Shown: positions 1 through 12,723, counted from the stretch's first letter. The stretch: 64,000 bases of DNA from Octopus sinensis (GCF_006345805.1 NC_043010.1:13764001-13828000); one strand, 5' to 3'. Notes: generated from the letters alone by a model not told the origin. Made by a program: numbers and translations.

Positions 1-1384
1 GAGGTAGTAGGTAAATGGAGGGAGAAACGGCGATAATAGTAACAGCGTGAGGAGAAATCGAGCTTGAGGAAACTGTAACAGAGTAGCAGGAGGACGCAGA
101 GGTAGCAGCGTGAGGGAACGGAGGAGAAGTTGTATGAAATGACTACAAGAAAAAAAAGGAGCTACACAACAATGATCAAGGTAATAGGAGGAGAAAATAT
201 GTGTCCGTGTGTGATGATGATGTTGTGTGAGAATTGACTACATAGATATATATAAATATTTATATATATATATTATTTATATATATATACGCTGATGTAT
301 GTGATGTGTTTACGAAAGGCCTTGATCGTGAATGGGAAGGAATGAAAGAGTGGGGGGGAGGAAGGAGGAATGAGAGAGAAGCTTTATAGGAAGTTGGTTT
401 GTGTGAGAAGGAGAGTGAAGAAGAAGAAGGGAAAAAAAGAGAGAGAGAGGATAGGACAGCAGAGAGATGTACGGTGGTGGGAGGAGGAGGAGGAGGAGGC
501 AGTGAAAGAGAGAGAGAGTGATAGATAGATAGAGTGAGTGAGTGAGTGAAAGGGTGAGAGATGATTGGTTTGTAAAAAAAAGGGAAAAGAGAGCCAATAT
601 GTCATCAAAAATATATATTTTTTCGGAAGAAATATATTTTCGGCCAGAGAAACGAGATCGAATTGTAATAGTTGATGAAAGAAATCTGCACAAAAAAAAA
701 AAAGTTATAAAAGGACGGGACTTAGAAAGTCGATTGTAACTCTGAAGGAGTGTGTGTGTGTGAATGAATGTTTGGTGTTGTGTTGTGTTGTGAGGGTGAT
801 GCTGTGTGTGGAGGAGGAACGGACGAGGATGGACGAGAAGTGAGGCTGCTTTCGAAGACCGTTTTGCATACAAGTGGAAGGAAGAGATAGAGATTTTCGA
901 CAAGGTGGGAGGTGAAAAACAGCCGCCCGTTGCTTAGACATCTCAGAAAGTTGCCGTGTCTGTGAGATGAGTGGTGGGTAAGCACCTACCTTTGTGAAAC
1001 AGGACGACCACTTAAGGCCCCCGCCGAAAAGAGACCGGGTTATTTTAACACCAACAAACTGCAACTCTTTATCATTCCACACACACCGACACAACACGCG
1101 CGCACGGGAACGGCATCATAGGGGGAGGCACAATGACATACAGACAGACAGACAAAAATGTTTTATTTACTCAGTTTTTTTTCCAGGAATCTGTGAGTGA
1201 GTGACTCAAACAGCAAAAGGATGTAAACAAAGGGCAGATAACTGCACCGAGCTTACTCTACTCTAATCATAAGAATAATTCTCTCCTTGGCCTTTTTTCA
1301 TTCATTCATTCATCTTCGTTCATCGCAAAACCCACCCATCTCACCTTTCTTATTTCAATGTAAATTATCATTGTTATTATTATA

Positions 1385-2153
1385 GGCGCAGGGAGTGGCT
1401 GTGTGGTGAGTAAGTAAGCTTGCTTACCAACCAACCACATGGTTCTGGGTTCAGTCCCTCCCACTGCGTTGCGTGGCATCTTGGGCAAGTGTCTTCTACT
1501 TATAGCCCCGGGCCGACCAAAGCCTTGTGAGTGGATTTGGTAGACGGAAACTGAAAGAAGCCCGTCGTATATATGTATATATATATATATATATGTATGT
1601 GTTTGTCCCTCTAGCATTGCTTGACAACCGATGATGGTGTGTTTACGTCTCCGTCACCTAGCGGTTCGGCAAAAAGCCGGTCGTATATATGTATATATAT
1701 ATATTTATTTGTATATGTGTATATATGTTTGTTCCTCTAGCATTGCTTGACAACCAATGATGGTGTGTTTACGTCTCCGTCACTTAGCGGTTCAGCAAAA
1801 AGCCTGTCGTATATATATATATATTTGTATGTGTATCTGTGTTTGTCCCTCTAGCATTGCTTGACAACCGATGATGGTGTGTTTACGTCTCCGTCACTTA
1901 GCGGTTCAGCAAAAAGCCTGTCGTATATATGTATATATATATATTTGTTTGTCCCTCTAGCAATGCTTGACAACCGATCATGGTGTGTTTACGTCTCCGT
2001 CGCTTAGCGAGCGGTTCGGCAAAAAGAGACCGATAGAATAAGTACTGGGCTTACAAAAAAGAATAAGTCCCGGGGTCGACTTGTTCGACTAAAGGCGGTG
2101 CTCCAGCATGGCCGCAGTCAAATGACTGAAACAAGTAAAAGAGTGAAAGAGTA
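1385..2153 (+). mobile_element. SINE-A with 4x internal tandem amplification
   Basis: tRNA-like head (A box TGGCTGTGTGG, B box GGTTCAGTCC), CORE-like TTGGGCAAGT, (TA)n tract, tail CAGTCAAATGACTG-AAACAAGTAAAAGAGT. Confidence 0.85.
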
Positions 2154-3756
2154 TTCGTTTCATTCGGCTGGAATTAAATAACTGGATCAACAACTTTATT
2201 ATTTTCCATTTGCTTTAGATTGTTTTTGTCCCTATTGAATTGTTAGCATTTATATTTTTTGCACCACCACACCTGTACCTCTTGACCAGAAAACCTTGAT
2301 TAAATCTTGTGTTTTTGTCCCATTTTTATATTTTGGAGTAGAATCTATTGAATTGGTAGCATATATATTTTTTACACCGCCACACCAGTACCTCTTGACC
2401 AGATAAACAAAACCTTGATTAAATCTTGGATCTCTTTACACACACACACACATATGTATAATTAATTCGTTTTATTGGCCACAAGGGCTGACACATGTAT
2501 AATTAAATCAAAATATGTTGGACGACAGATTGTATAAGGGTAAATAAACTGAGTTGTTCTGCCAGAGAAAAGCAAAAAAAACAAATTCAGTAATTTTTTT
2601 TTTATATCTTAAAAAAAATTACACTGAAGCTATTTGATAGTAATTAATGATGGACAAAGTTTTTTTTAGTAATAATTTGCATACCAAAGCAGTTGATTTA
2701 GTAAAAGGTGCAAAACTCATGCTGGTGGAATTTATGAAGGGAAACTTAAATTTATAGTAGAATAAAAGCAAAGAAATTGTGAGGGATAATGAATGAGCTA
2801 GAAGGGAGGAGATGAAGTGAAGAAAGCCAGTTAAGGAGTACTGTAATTGCATGTTTAAAAAAAAAAACTGTAAGATATGGTGAAAGAATGGGAAGAAAGT
2901 ATGATCAAGATGACAAGCAGAAAGAACCTAATACAGTCCTTCAGCTTTTTCCCTTAAAACTGCATTCTGGTTAGTGCAATACTGCAATGTCTATCGTACC
3001 TTTCAGCATCTCTATCATTATTATTTATATTCATACAATACACACGTTTTCTATGTTATTGATTATTTAAATCTCTATCTCTCCATTCTATGGTTCTCTC
3101 TCACTCTAGCTCTATCCTCTCAGAGATGGTCCCGCCAATTTATTCTCAAAAGCTTTCCAACTATTCTCTCTCTCTCTCTCTGTCTATCTCTCTCTTAAAT
3201 ACTTCCGCATTATTGTTTGTCCTCCAGAATATTTTTTTACCATTTGTTATTTGTTCTGCTGATGACATCTTAGTTTATTGACAAAAGTTCAATTAAGATG
3301 GGATATATATCGCGCAGGAGGATTAGAAATGAAACTAGATTTTCGATTAAAACTAATATTTAAATTTAAACTTATAAGGTACAAGTACCAACTTATAATT
3401 AATTAAATGTGTTTACGAAGAGCAGCAAAGAAATTGTCGGTCATAGGTTTTCTAAACCGCCTTCCTCATTTTTCACATTTATTTTTTGTGATTTTGTCTC
3501 CGATTTATAGAGATGTTCTTATACTTTATACATTTTTGTTAGTATTTAAGTACCTTAAAATTGTTATATCTACTCATTCATCTATATTTCCCATTATCTT
3601 GGTATTGTTTTCTTTCTGTGTCACTTGGTTTATGTTATATAATAATATTTTGCTGCTTTCTCCATCCAATCATTTAACATAAAATCTATGTGCATGTTTT
3701 GGGCCATTTATACTAAGACAATATCATATTTTAATACAACCTAACCTTTTTTTAAT

Positions 3757-3767
3757 TATATATATAT

Positions 3768-3810
<43 letters not shown>

Positions 3811-3862
3811 TATATATATTATATATATATATATATATATACTATATATATATATATATATA

Positions 3863-3896
<34 letters not shown>

Positions 3897-3905
3897 TATA
3901 TATAT

Positions 3906-3954
<49 letters not shown>

Positions 3955-3955
3955 A
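3757..3955. repeat. (TA)n then (TG)n microsatellite
   Basis: Direct inspection. Confidence 0.95.
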
Positions 3956-4019
3956 GATTATAAGTGGATAAATCAGTGTATTGGCTTTAGAATAACCTTC
4001 TTTAGCCCTTGATTATAAG

Positions 4020-4058
<39 letters not shown>

Positions 4059-5179
4059 ATATATATATTTCGTATTTTATTCCAGTTCTGTTGTCAGGTT
4101 ATTAGAAACAGCAGTCCCCAGAAGATTTAGATTTCATGTTTGAAGTCAACTTAGCTTTTTCTCAGTTACAAATTATATACTTCATCGTTTGTATTATCCC
4201 CTATAATAAATTTATGGACTTGGTGCCAGTGTAAAATATTCTTATTTTCGATTGTCCTTCACTGACATATGTTCGGATTTAAGACTCAATCCACCTTTTA
4301 GCTTTGGTACCTAGCTTTGTTAAGTCTTTTTTTCTTTTAATATCTTTCGTTTTAACTTATTTACACTTGCACCTAGATACAAGTTAATTAATAATGTAGT
4401 CTTTATTTGTATAGGTATATCTATTTACTTAGTGTATTGTCTTACACGTGCACATAAATATACACAGGCCCATTTTTCCTAGTCACCAGCCCATTTGACA
4501 CACAACTACACTTGTCTCTTCATCTATTTACATGACCCTTATTATTACTACTCCTGCCTTGGCTTCGTTAATCCCGTTTTTCCCATCGTGTAGAACCATC
4601 GTTTTCATTTTAATTTTTGATGTGTGTGTGTGTGTGCTTAATCACTCTTATTATATATTCTCTCTCTTCTCTCTCTCTCTCTGTTCAGTTTCTCCTCCAT
4701 AGTGAAACTGGGTTTTCTCTTTCTCTGTGACAAATCATTATTTTTTTTACTCAAACCTGCCCTTTTGTTTAATCAATTAAAAGGGGTTATATAAAACCAT
4801 TTTATATATGTATGTATATATACGTAAATATATATATATATATGTATATATACGTAAATAGGTCCATCAAACGATGACCGATTTTTCAAGTATGGAACCT
4901 CAGATGTGCTATAATCCTATTATCCTGCATTATAAAAGCTCTTCTCGTTGTTTTCTCGTTACAATATTAAAAAAAAAACAAAAACAAATTGGTCACATTT
5001 TTTTTCTTTCTTTCTGAGATGTCTGCATTTTTTTGCGGGGTTAGATTTTTTACGGAGCTAGCGAAAAAGAAAATCCGAATGAATTATATATACGTCCTTA
5101 ATTATGGATGTATTAAAAGAAAAGGCAATCTTTCGTTTGTAGTAGACCTTTCCGTGATAACTGAAATTTTTTACTCGGT

Positions 5180-5420
5180 GTATGTGTATATGTATGTATG
5201 CATGTATGTGTGTGTGTGTGTATGTATCTATGTGTGTGTATGTATGTATGTGTATCTATGTATGTATGTGTGTGTGTATCTATGTGTGTGTGTGTGTATG
5301 TGTATCTGTATCTATGTATGTGTGTGTATGTGTATCTATGTATGTATGTGTGTGTGTATCTATGTGTGTGTGTGTGTATGTGTATCTGTATCTATGTATG
5401 TGTGTGTGTATGTATGTATG
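5180..5420. repeat. Compound TG/TATG/TATC microsatellite with higher-order repeat
   Basis: Direct inspection. Confidence 0.9.
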
Positions 5421-6774
5421 GCCGATTCAGTGTTTACATTATTTCGAGTTAAAACGAAAGATTACCTTTGCTATGTAGAAAATAATGAGGTTGACTCAAA
5501 AAATATAAAACAGGCAAACTAAATGAACTGGACATGTCTCATATGTGGCCCACGAATGTTTTTTGCTGTTGTAGTTTCTTAAAAATGGTTAGTATATACT
5601 ACAATAAATAAATGATTAGAATGAAAGAAACACTAAGTCAATGTTTCCATATGCCTTCTTGGCTAACACCGAAGACTACTTTCTTCTTTCAAGAAATTAT
5701 TTTGTCTCTAATTAAATATTTAAGGGTGCCCGTATGTGATAGATAAATACGATCAGGCTGTAATGGGATGGTTATATTCGATCATCGATTCGTATCGATT
5801 TTACTTTGAAAAAAAAAAAAAAAAGATTTTTTTTTATCATTAATATTTTTGAAATTCTTGACAGGATGAAATTGTAAGATTATTCGGAGATTCTTCTGTC
5901 TGTTTGCTTCACGACTGAAGAACGACGAATTAAATTAATTTAAAGATAGAATTGTCTTGAAAATTTGGGTAGATTTCTGAAAATTGACCGAAAATTGTGA
6001 TGTAAGACATCATAAAACAAGTACTTGTAGGAAGAGAAAGTATTTCGGAAGATAAGGAATGGAAAGACAACTTGTCTTTTAATGTAGGACCGAAGAACAA
6101 GCGATATTTCACATTAAAATACAAGAAGAAATTAGTTTTAATTTGGTTAGATTCTGTAAAATGACAGCTGTGATAAATTCCTCGTTGCTAGAATTTTCAG
6201 TTTGTGGTGGTGGTAGCTAGGCAATTTTTCGTCTGATGAAGTCCAGCGCCTGTGAACCGTTACACGGCCTCTTAGACAGGTGGAAGGACTGCTAGAAATA
6301 GCAGCGGCCAAATCTCACTCATCCCATCATCTTGGAAAGAGGATGAATTAAATGATACAGTCCCAGACGGTTGGACTGTTTTGGAAAATTCTATTTTGTC
6401 CAGGCTAATTATGGGATTAAACGACAACTGTGAAAACTAGTGCCTTCTCTTTTTTTGCCAAACTTGTTCTAGCACTGTAAATCACGATTTTGTTTATATC
6501 TGGGAGAGGGTGGTCTTTCTTTGGTCAGTTGTCAGCAGGTAGGGTCCAGCTTGTTTATTAGCGGCTCTCATTGATACCAATTTGTTGATTTCCGATCATA
6601 CTATGGAACTGGTGAACTAGCGAGTGGGGCTCGACCCGCTGAAAATAGTCCTACCAGGCTCAAAGGAAGACACGAGATAAATCCGGGGTACACTAATTAT
6701 ATATGGGGGGTGGGGACAAATCAGAAGCAAGCCGCCCTTTGCCCATGACTTAACTATATCTTCTGTCCAATCGC

Positions 6775-6958
6775 GGTATTTTGTCTGCCGCTACGTTCTG
6801 AGTTCAAATTCCGCCGAGGTCGACTTTGCCTTTCATCCTTTCAGGCTCTATAACTTAAGTACCAGTTACGCACTGGAGTCGATGTAATCGACTCAATTAG
6901 TTTGTCTGCCCTTGTTTGTCCCCTCTATGTTTAGCCCCTTGTGGGTAATAAAGAAACA
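6775..6958 (+). mobile_element. SINE-B monomer unit with TSD
   Basis: Starts GCGGTATTTTGTC; flanked by ATATCTTCTGT(C/T)CAATC direct repeats. Confidence 0.8.
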
Positions 6959-7936
6959 CATATCTTCTGTTCAATCAGGTCTGACTTGAGACTTGAAAAA
7001 AAAACAACTTTTCTCCATTTTACTGAATAAAAACGTTCATCAAAGGTTTCTTTTCAGTATAAAATTGTTGTAGGGTACCTTCTAAATTTCATATATTTTT
7101 TATATACAAGTACACCGCCAATTCTCTGGCATCTTAGGTTCTAAACTTGTTATAAATTTTGCCTAAGTAACAAGTTACGTAATACGAATTCTGAGTAAAT
7201 TCCTAGAAAACTACTGCACACTGTTAACAACTTTTTTCTCTACTAAACCTTCACGCCAGGCCTGTTCATTAGAAATATGTCATATAGCTAGAAGCCTTCT
7301 TCAACCATAATTTGTTGGTGTAATTATTTAAAAGAAAAATTTAATGCCACTCGCAAACCCCCTAATTGCTGAGCCCTCGCCATGCCCCTCTTGAAACCTG
7401 ACTATGAAGGGTATATATATTTACCTTTATCTCTTTCATGTTGGGACACTGTATTCTCCGCAGTGAAGGTAAGTTATCTGTGAACTTGCTCTTCACAAAG
7501 AGGAGGGGTCCCTTGGGAGTTGGCACGTGTTGCTAGATTTAGTTTTAAACGTTTGCTCCATTGTACTATTATTGTTAGGTTTAGGGGGAGAGTGTTTCTG
7601 CCTTCACGAAATGTGTGTTACTTGTGAAAACACATGTATGTCCTAAAGGCCTGGTAGAGAAAAAAGTTATTAATTATAATAGCGGGAAATTTAACTGTCC
7701 TCACTCGCATTATTCTGTCCAGATTATAAAAAAAAGGGCGGGTGGGGGGACCCGGATCATCATCATTTGCCAGAAATTCGGTAGTGTACTTTTTTATGTT
7801 ACTAAATAAAATAGAATTTATATTTAGACTAGAAACAATCCCATGCCTTTCTTTGCTGTATCTGCTAGTTTAGTGTCTCACTTTTCTCGGCCCAGCTCAC
7901 TCACACTTAACAGAATTTTTTTTTCAAATAGATATC

Positions 7937-8093
7937 TATTTCTTTACTACCCACAAGAGGCTAAACACAGAGAGGACAAACAAGGACAGACAAACGGATT
8001 AAGTCGATTGTATCAACCCCAGTGCGTAACTGGTACTTATTTAATCGACCCCGAAAGGATGAAAGGCAAAGTCGACCTCGGTGGAATTTGAAC
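7937..8093 (-). mobile_element. SINE-B, 5'-truncated
   Basis: Homology to the SINE-B body and tail. Confidence 0.8.
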
Positions 8094-8526
8094 GTCGATC
8101 TATTATGTCAGTTAATTTTTTTCTCCTGAAACATCACGTTAAGTACATCAACACAGACATGTAATTGTATATTGTGTTCAAACAGAATGGATCCTTAGGA
8201 AATTTCCCCCGCTTCAGTTCATGTCTCTTGTAAAAGTAATTATCTACTCTAAAGTAAGTAAGGTAACTGGTGAGAGAATTTGCATGGGAAAAAAATGTTG
8301 CAATACTGGAAAAGTGTAGATTGATATTTCTGATCTGTAGTCACACATTCTTTCGATTTCTTTTTTTTTTGTTATTCCCTGTAAAATTAACTTTGTTCAC
8401 TCAAATATAAACCCCCTTATTTTTAGGATCGGAATTTTGCCAGATGCCCCCAAAGGATTTGAAATTCATTTGTTTCTTTAGAAACTCTGAATCTTGTTTA
8501 TTGCTTCAAAATCTCATGTTATCTTT

Positions 8527-8878
8527 CATCGTCAGCATCATCGTCGTTAAACGTCCGCTTTCCATGCTATCATGGGTTGGACGATTTTGACTGAGAGCTG
8601 GCGAACCAGATGGCTGCACCAGGCTCCAGTCTTGATCTGGCAGAGTTTCTACAGCTGGATGCCCTTCCTAACGCCAACCACTCCGAGAGTGTAGTGGTGG
8701 GTTCTTTTACGTACCACCGGCACGGGGGGGCCAGTCAGGCAGTACTGGCAACGACCTCGCTCGAATATTTTACACATGCCACCGGCACAGGTGCCAGTAA
8801 GGCGATGCTGGTAACGATCCCGCTCGAATGGTGCCTCCTTCATGCCACCGGCACGGAAACCAGTTAGCTGCTCTGGCA
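8527..8878 (-). mobile_element. RTE 3' UTR fragment
   Basis: Homologous to 19326-19700 with the same GGACGTTTAACGA tail. Confidence 0.75.
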
Positions 8879-9651
8879 GTTCTTTAAAGTTATTTATTCG
8901 CAAATATTTTGGCTTATTCGATATACCATTCAAGAGCCCATTGCTAAAAGCATGGCTGTGAGGTTAAGAAGCTTGCTTGTCAACAGTTTGGTTTTGAGTT
9001 CAATTCCTCTCTATGGCATCTTGGGAAAATGTCTTTTACCATAGTCTTCTGCCTACCAAAACTTTGTGAGTGAAATTTGGTCAGAGTAAACTGAGGAAGT
9101 TTATTTCTGTTCTTGGATAGTAGACTTGATCTATCAACAGGTTTAACCTGGTCCTTGGGTGCCTTAGCAGAGTCCACTTTGTTGCAAATATTAGGACCAG
9201 GTCTTTCATATGAGGATAACTTCCTCCCATTAATCTCAGGAGCACTGCAAAGTGATCTTAGGCACTGCCCTTCCTCTTTGGCCTAAGCAACAAAGAATTG
9301 ATATAATTATGCCTGATTGTAAAAATTTACACTAAGCATTGTTGTTGATGTTGTATTTTTATATTGGCACAGAAGTTGGCCAAGTCATTAGAATGTCTAA
9401 TTAATAGTTTGTATCCTATTATTGGCATTGGGATATGTCTGTAACTAAGACAGGTTTACTCTTAGGATCAACATATTTTAAACTGTAGATTGACACTATG
9501 CAGTGCTATGTGTTTGTAATAGGGCTGAGTATTTTGATAGCTTTTCCACGCTGTGCTCTATTTCTAACTGTGAGCCACTGTATTGAACCCATATACACAT
9601 TACCATGTATAAAAAGATATAAACTACAGCTGCATTTAATAATCTTGTTTG

Positions 9652-10037
9652 GGATCTTTTCGGTTTGAACGGCAGTTTTTAACATAATTTCTTGGTAACT
9701 AAAAAATTTTTAAACTTCGTATACTGGTAGAATGTGTTTATAAAACATCTTTTTCTCTCGGCTTTATTGAGAAAATTCTATAGTTTGTAAGATATTTGTT
9801 GTTGTTTTTCTTCAATTTCTGCAATTTCAAACCAATCAGTGACGTCTATTGAGGTAAAAAAAACATTCTGTGCCGTATGAATATGTCCCTCGTTTAAGAA
9901 ATAGATTGGGTTTATTTACATTTGTGAAGAAAAAAAGATACCCTTCCGCCCAGCCCTAACCGTAACCCTAACCCTAAAACAGATTGAAATGCAATAGATC
10001 GAAACTAGGGTCATAATTATGGATGACAATTTCATAT
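9652..10037. mobile_element. TIR MITE carrying (TTAGGG)n, one end truncated
   Basis: TIR GGATCTTTTCGGTTTGAACGGCAGTTTT; homologous to the full copies. Confidence 0.8.
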
Positions 10038-10340
10038 ACCAAATTAAAAAAATAAAGCTAATATCATTTCCAGCCAAATGTGCACCTGTCCTTGTCAATT
10101 GGTGTTGTGAATTTTAAAATCTACCTAAAAATTATGCTACAGAGATGAGTTTAATATTGAATAAGTTTGTTATTTACATTTGACGGATATTTGTCCTCCT
10201 CTTGTTTGTTGTCAACACAACGTTCCCGTCAAATGTAAATAATGTACATAATTCCTTATCTCTTGAATATAAAATTGAATAAGTTGTTTTATTAAATCCC
10301 ACCTAATTTTTTATTATCTAAAAAAAATTATTTGAAACAC

Positions 10341-10622
10341 TGCCGGGTCATAGTGTTAGTGCATGCATATACAGCTGCGTGCGTGCGCACATACACGCGA
10401 GTACTGTCCAAATCTCCGACCAATCACATACAGCTAGCTGGCATTCAATTGGCATATCAAGTTTCGGGCATTTTGATTGGGTTTTGGATAGAAAATTCAC
10501 AAAAAAGTCACTTCTATTGATTTTTTAATGGCTTTGCAGGGTGACTGGGGAAATGTAAAGATGTGCACGACCACCCTTGGACGGTTTTGAATGACCATAG
10601 AAAGTGCGAGCCCTCTAGCTGA
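10341..10622 (-). mobile_element. Helitron fragment
   Basis: Internal part of the same family, both ends missing. Confidence 0.7.
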
Positions 10623-10774
10623 GAGAGATGAAGATAATTTATTTTATGGTCATGAAAGTTAACTGTTTACATAATCAGTGATTATGTATTTAAACACTTT
10701 GTACCTTTTTCTGCATATTTCTGTTAGCTTCTTTTATTAATTGCTTCACATTATTTTCCTAACGATATATAATT

Positions 10775-10801
10775 TTCTTTCTTTTTTTTTTTCTTTTTTA
10801 G
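10775..10801 (+). promoter_or_regulatory. Candidate splice acceptor upstream of the ZNF coding exon (5' UTR intron end)
   Basis: Long polypyrimidine tract TTTTCTTTCTTTTTTTTTTTCTTTTTTAG ending at 10801, 420 nt before the ATG. Confidence 0.55.
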
Positions 10802-11220
10802 GTAACATTCACCAAATCTTCCAGCTGAAATGGAACATGATTTCCAAAGAACTGTCTGTTTAACAATTTAAACATAGATGACACTGGAACTTCATATATT
10901 AAAATTACATTTTTATTTTATCCATTTTTTATTGTTGAAGTTCAGCACATCAAGATTCTTGAAGTTTCTACAAGACAGAACTACATCTCAAAAAGAAGTC
11001 TATTCTATTTATCCATTTACAAGTGCACAATCCATTTTTATACCAAAGATAATCTAGTCTTAATATTTTATCAAATCAAATGAAGTGAACAAGACTAAAA
11101 TTTAAACCTTATTTTCAACTTTATATTTCAAATGTTGGCATTTTCACTTTGTTAAAAAGTTTTTTTTTTCTTTTTTTTTTTTTTTCTAATTATCAAAAAA
11201 ATCAAGATTCTTTCATTGTC

Positions 11221-12723
11221 ATGAATTCAATGCTTGTGTCTAACCAGATGCATAATTCTTCGTCAGTTCATAATATGGAACGAATGTACAATTGCAGTAT
11301 CTGTATGAAGACGTTTTCAAGGTACGACAACTTAGAACGACACAAGCTGACTCACCAAATGGAAAAACCCTTCAACTGTGACATATGTGGTAAAGCCTTT
11401 AGCCAGAAATATCACTTGAAGCAGCACCAAGTTACTCACACTGGGGAGAAGCCTTTTAAGTGCAACATCTGCGACCACAGCTTCTCACGCAACGGCAACC
11501 TGTCTAGACATATGGCAATCCATACCAAAACTCTGTCCCCGAACAATACAGCAAGACCGCCTCTCCATTCCTCTTCTTACGATGACAATCCATACAATTG
11601 TGATGTCTGTGGCAGGGCTTCACAGAATCAGAAACAAAACATGGGGCACACAGTGATTAATTCGGTAGACAAACCATTTAAATGTGATATCTGTGGTTGC
11701 ACTTTCTCTCGTAGTGGTGACCTGACGAGACACATGAAGACGCACGAGAAAGCTCTCCAGCCATACCATAACAACGGAGGCACAAGTTCGCCCCCGTATC
11801 AAAGTGAGAACCCATTTAATTGTAAAGCTTGCTGGAAGGCTTTTTCTCAGAGGGCTGGCGTAAATGTTCATGAGAAAATTCACAAAGCACTTAAACCATT
11901 CCAATGCGACGAGTGCGGTAAAGCATTCTCTCAACGTACACATTTACAAGTTCACAAAAGTCGTATACATACAGGTAACAAACAGTTCAAACCAAGCGGG
12001 GACACAACTCCTACAAGATCAAAATCTCACGAGAATCCATTGAACTGTGACATCTGCTGGAAGGCCTTCTCTCAAAGATCTCTCGTGAGCCTGCACAAAC
12101 GTATCCATTCTGTTGTTTTACCGTTCGAGTGTAACATATGCGGGAAAGTTTTCACGGAAAAGGGAAACTGGAAGAGACATCAACGCAGTCATTTGGGAGA
12201 GAAATTATTCAGTTGTGATGTGTGTTCAAAGACGTTTTTACAACGGTCCCACTTAAAAGAACATCAGAAAACTCATTCTGGTGAACGTCCTTTCAAATGC
12301 TCAACCTGTGGGTATGCATTTTCTCGCAAAGATCACCTCGAGCGCCATCAACGAACTAATAAATGTTCCAAAAAAGTGAACTGCACTCTTCAGCAAACAT
12401 CATCGTCGTCATCCTCATCAGGCAACACTGGGGAAAATCCTAACAACAACAGCAACAACAATCACCAGTTAAATATTACACACCACCCAACCACGACTGC
12501 TCCTACTGTGCCACCCCAGCATTCAAATGTACCACGACACCATACCACAGAGATCCCCCAGCACACAAACTTACCCAACGCCCCAATGTATCCGGCCACC
12601 ACTCAAATGTACCCTACTACCATACAATTGTATCCAAGTACACCTGTGTTTCCAACCATACAAATGTATCCAAATGCATCCCAAATATTTGCAGCAAACA
12701 ACCAAATATTTCCAAACAATTAG
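11221..12723 (+). CDS. C2H2 (Kruppel-type) zinc-finger protein, 500 aa, single coding exon; 10 intact fingers (last is C2HC-like) plus 1 degenerate finger
   Basis: Open frame from ATG 11221 to TAG 12723; repeated F/Y-x-C-x2-C-x3-F-x5-L-x2-H-x3-H units with TGEKP-like linkers (TGEKP, MEKP, GEKL, SGERP); low-complexity N/S/T/P C-terminus. The in-frame TTG at 11149 lies in a T-run and is not taken as the start. Confidence 0.93.
   Translation: MNSMLVSNQMHNSSSVHNMERMYNCSICMKTFSRYDNLERHKLTHQMEKPFNCDICGKAFSQKYHLKQHQVTHTGEKPFKCNICDHSFSRNGNLSRHMAIHTKTLSPNNTARPPLHSSSYDDNPYNCDVCGRASQNQKQNMGHTVINSVDKPFKCDICGCTFSRSGDLTRHMKTHEKALQPYHNNGGTSSPPYQSENPFNCKACWKAFSQRAGVNVHEKIHKALKPFQCDECGKAFSQRTHLQVHKSRIHTGNKQFKPSGDTTPTRSKSHENPLNCDICWKAFSQRSLVSLHKRIHSVVLPFECNICGKVFTEKGNWKRHQRSHLGEKLFSCDVCSKTFLQRSHLKEHQKTHSGERPFKCSTCGYAFSRKDHLERHQRTNKCSKKVNCTLQQTSSSSSSSGNTGENPNNNSNNNHQLNITHHPTTTAPTVPPQHSNVPRHHTTEIPQHTNLPNAPMYPATTQMYPTTIQLYPSTPVFPTIQMYPNASQIFAANNQIFPNN

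Noticed and set aside
310-903. 197-aa minus-strand ORF
   Set aside because: Low-complexity L/S/F translation of a GA-rich tract; no recognisable motif.
4989-5522. V/C/Y/M-rich ORFs (likewise 30081, 33361, 41312, 47197, 63320)
   Set aside because: Microsatellite read-through.
6225-6290. CTGATGA followed by a hairpin (possible hammerhead)
   Set aside because: GAAC instead of GAAA, no proper stem II and no NUH/stem I closure.
11149-11220. TTG-initiated 24-aa N-terminal extension of the ZNF
   Set aside because: Encoded by T-homopolymer sequence; ATG 11221 is more plausible.
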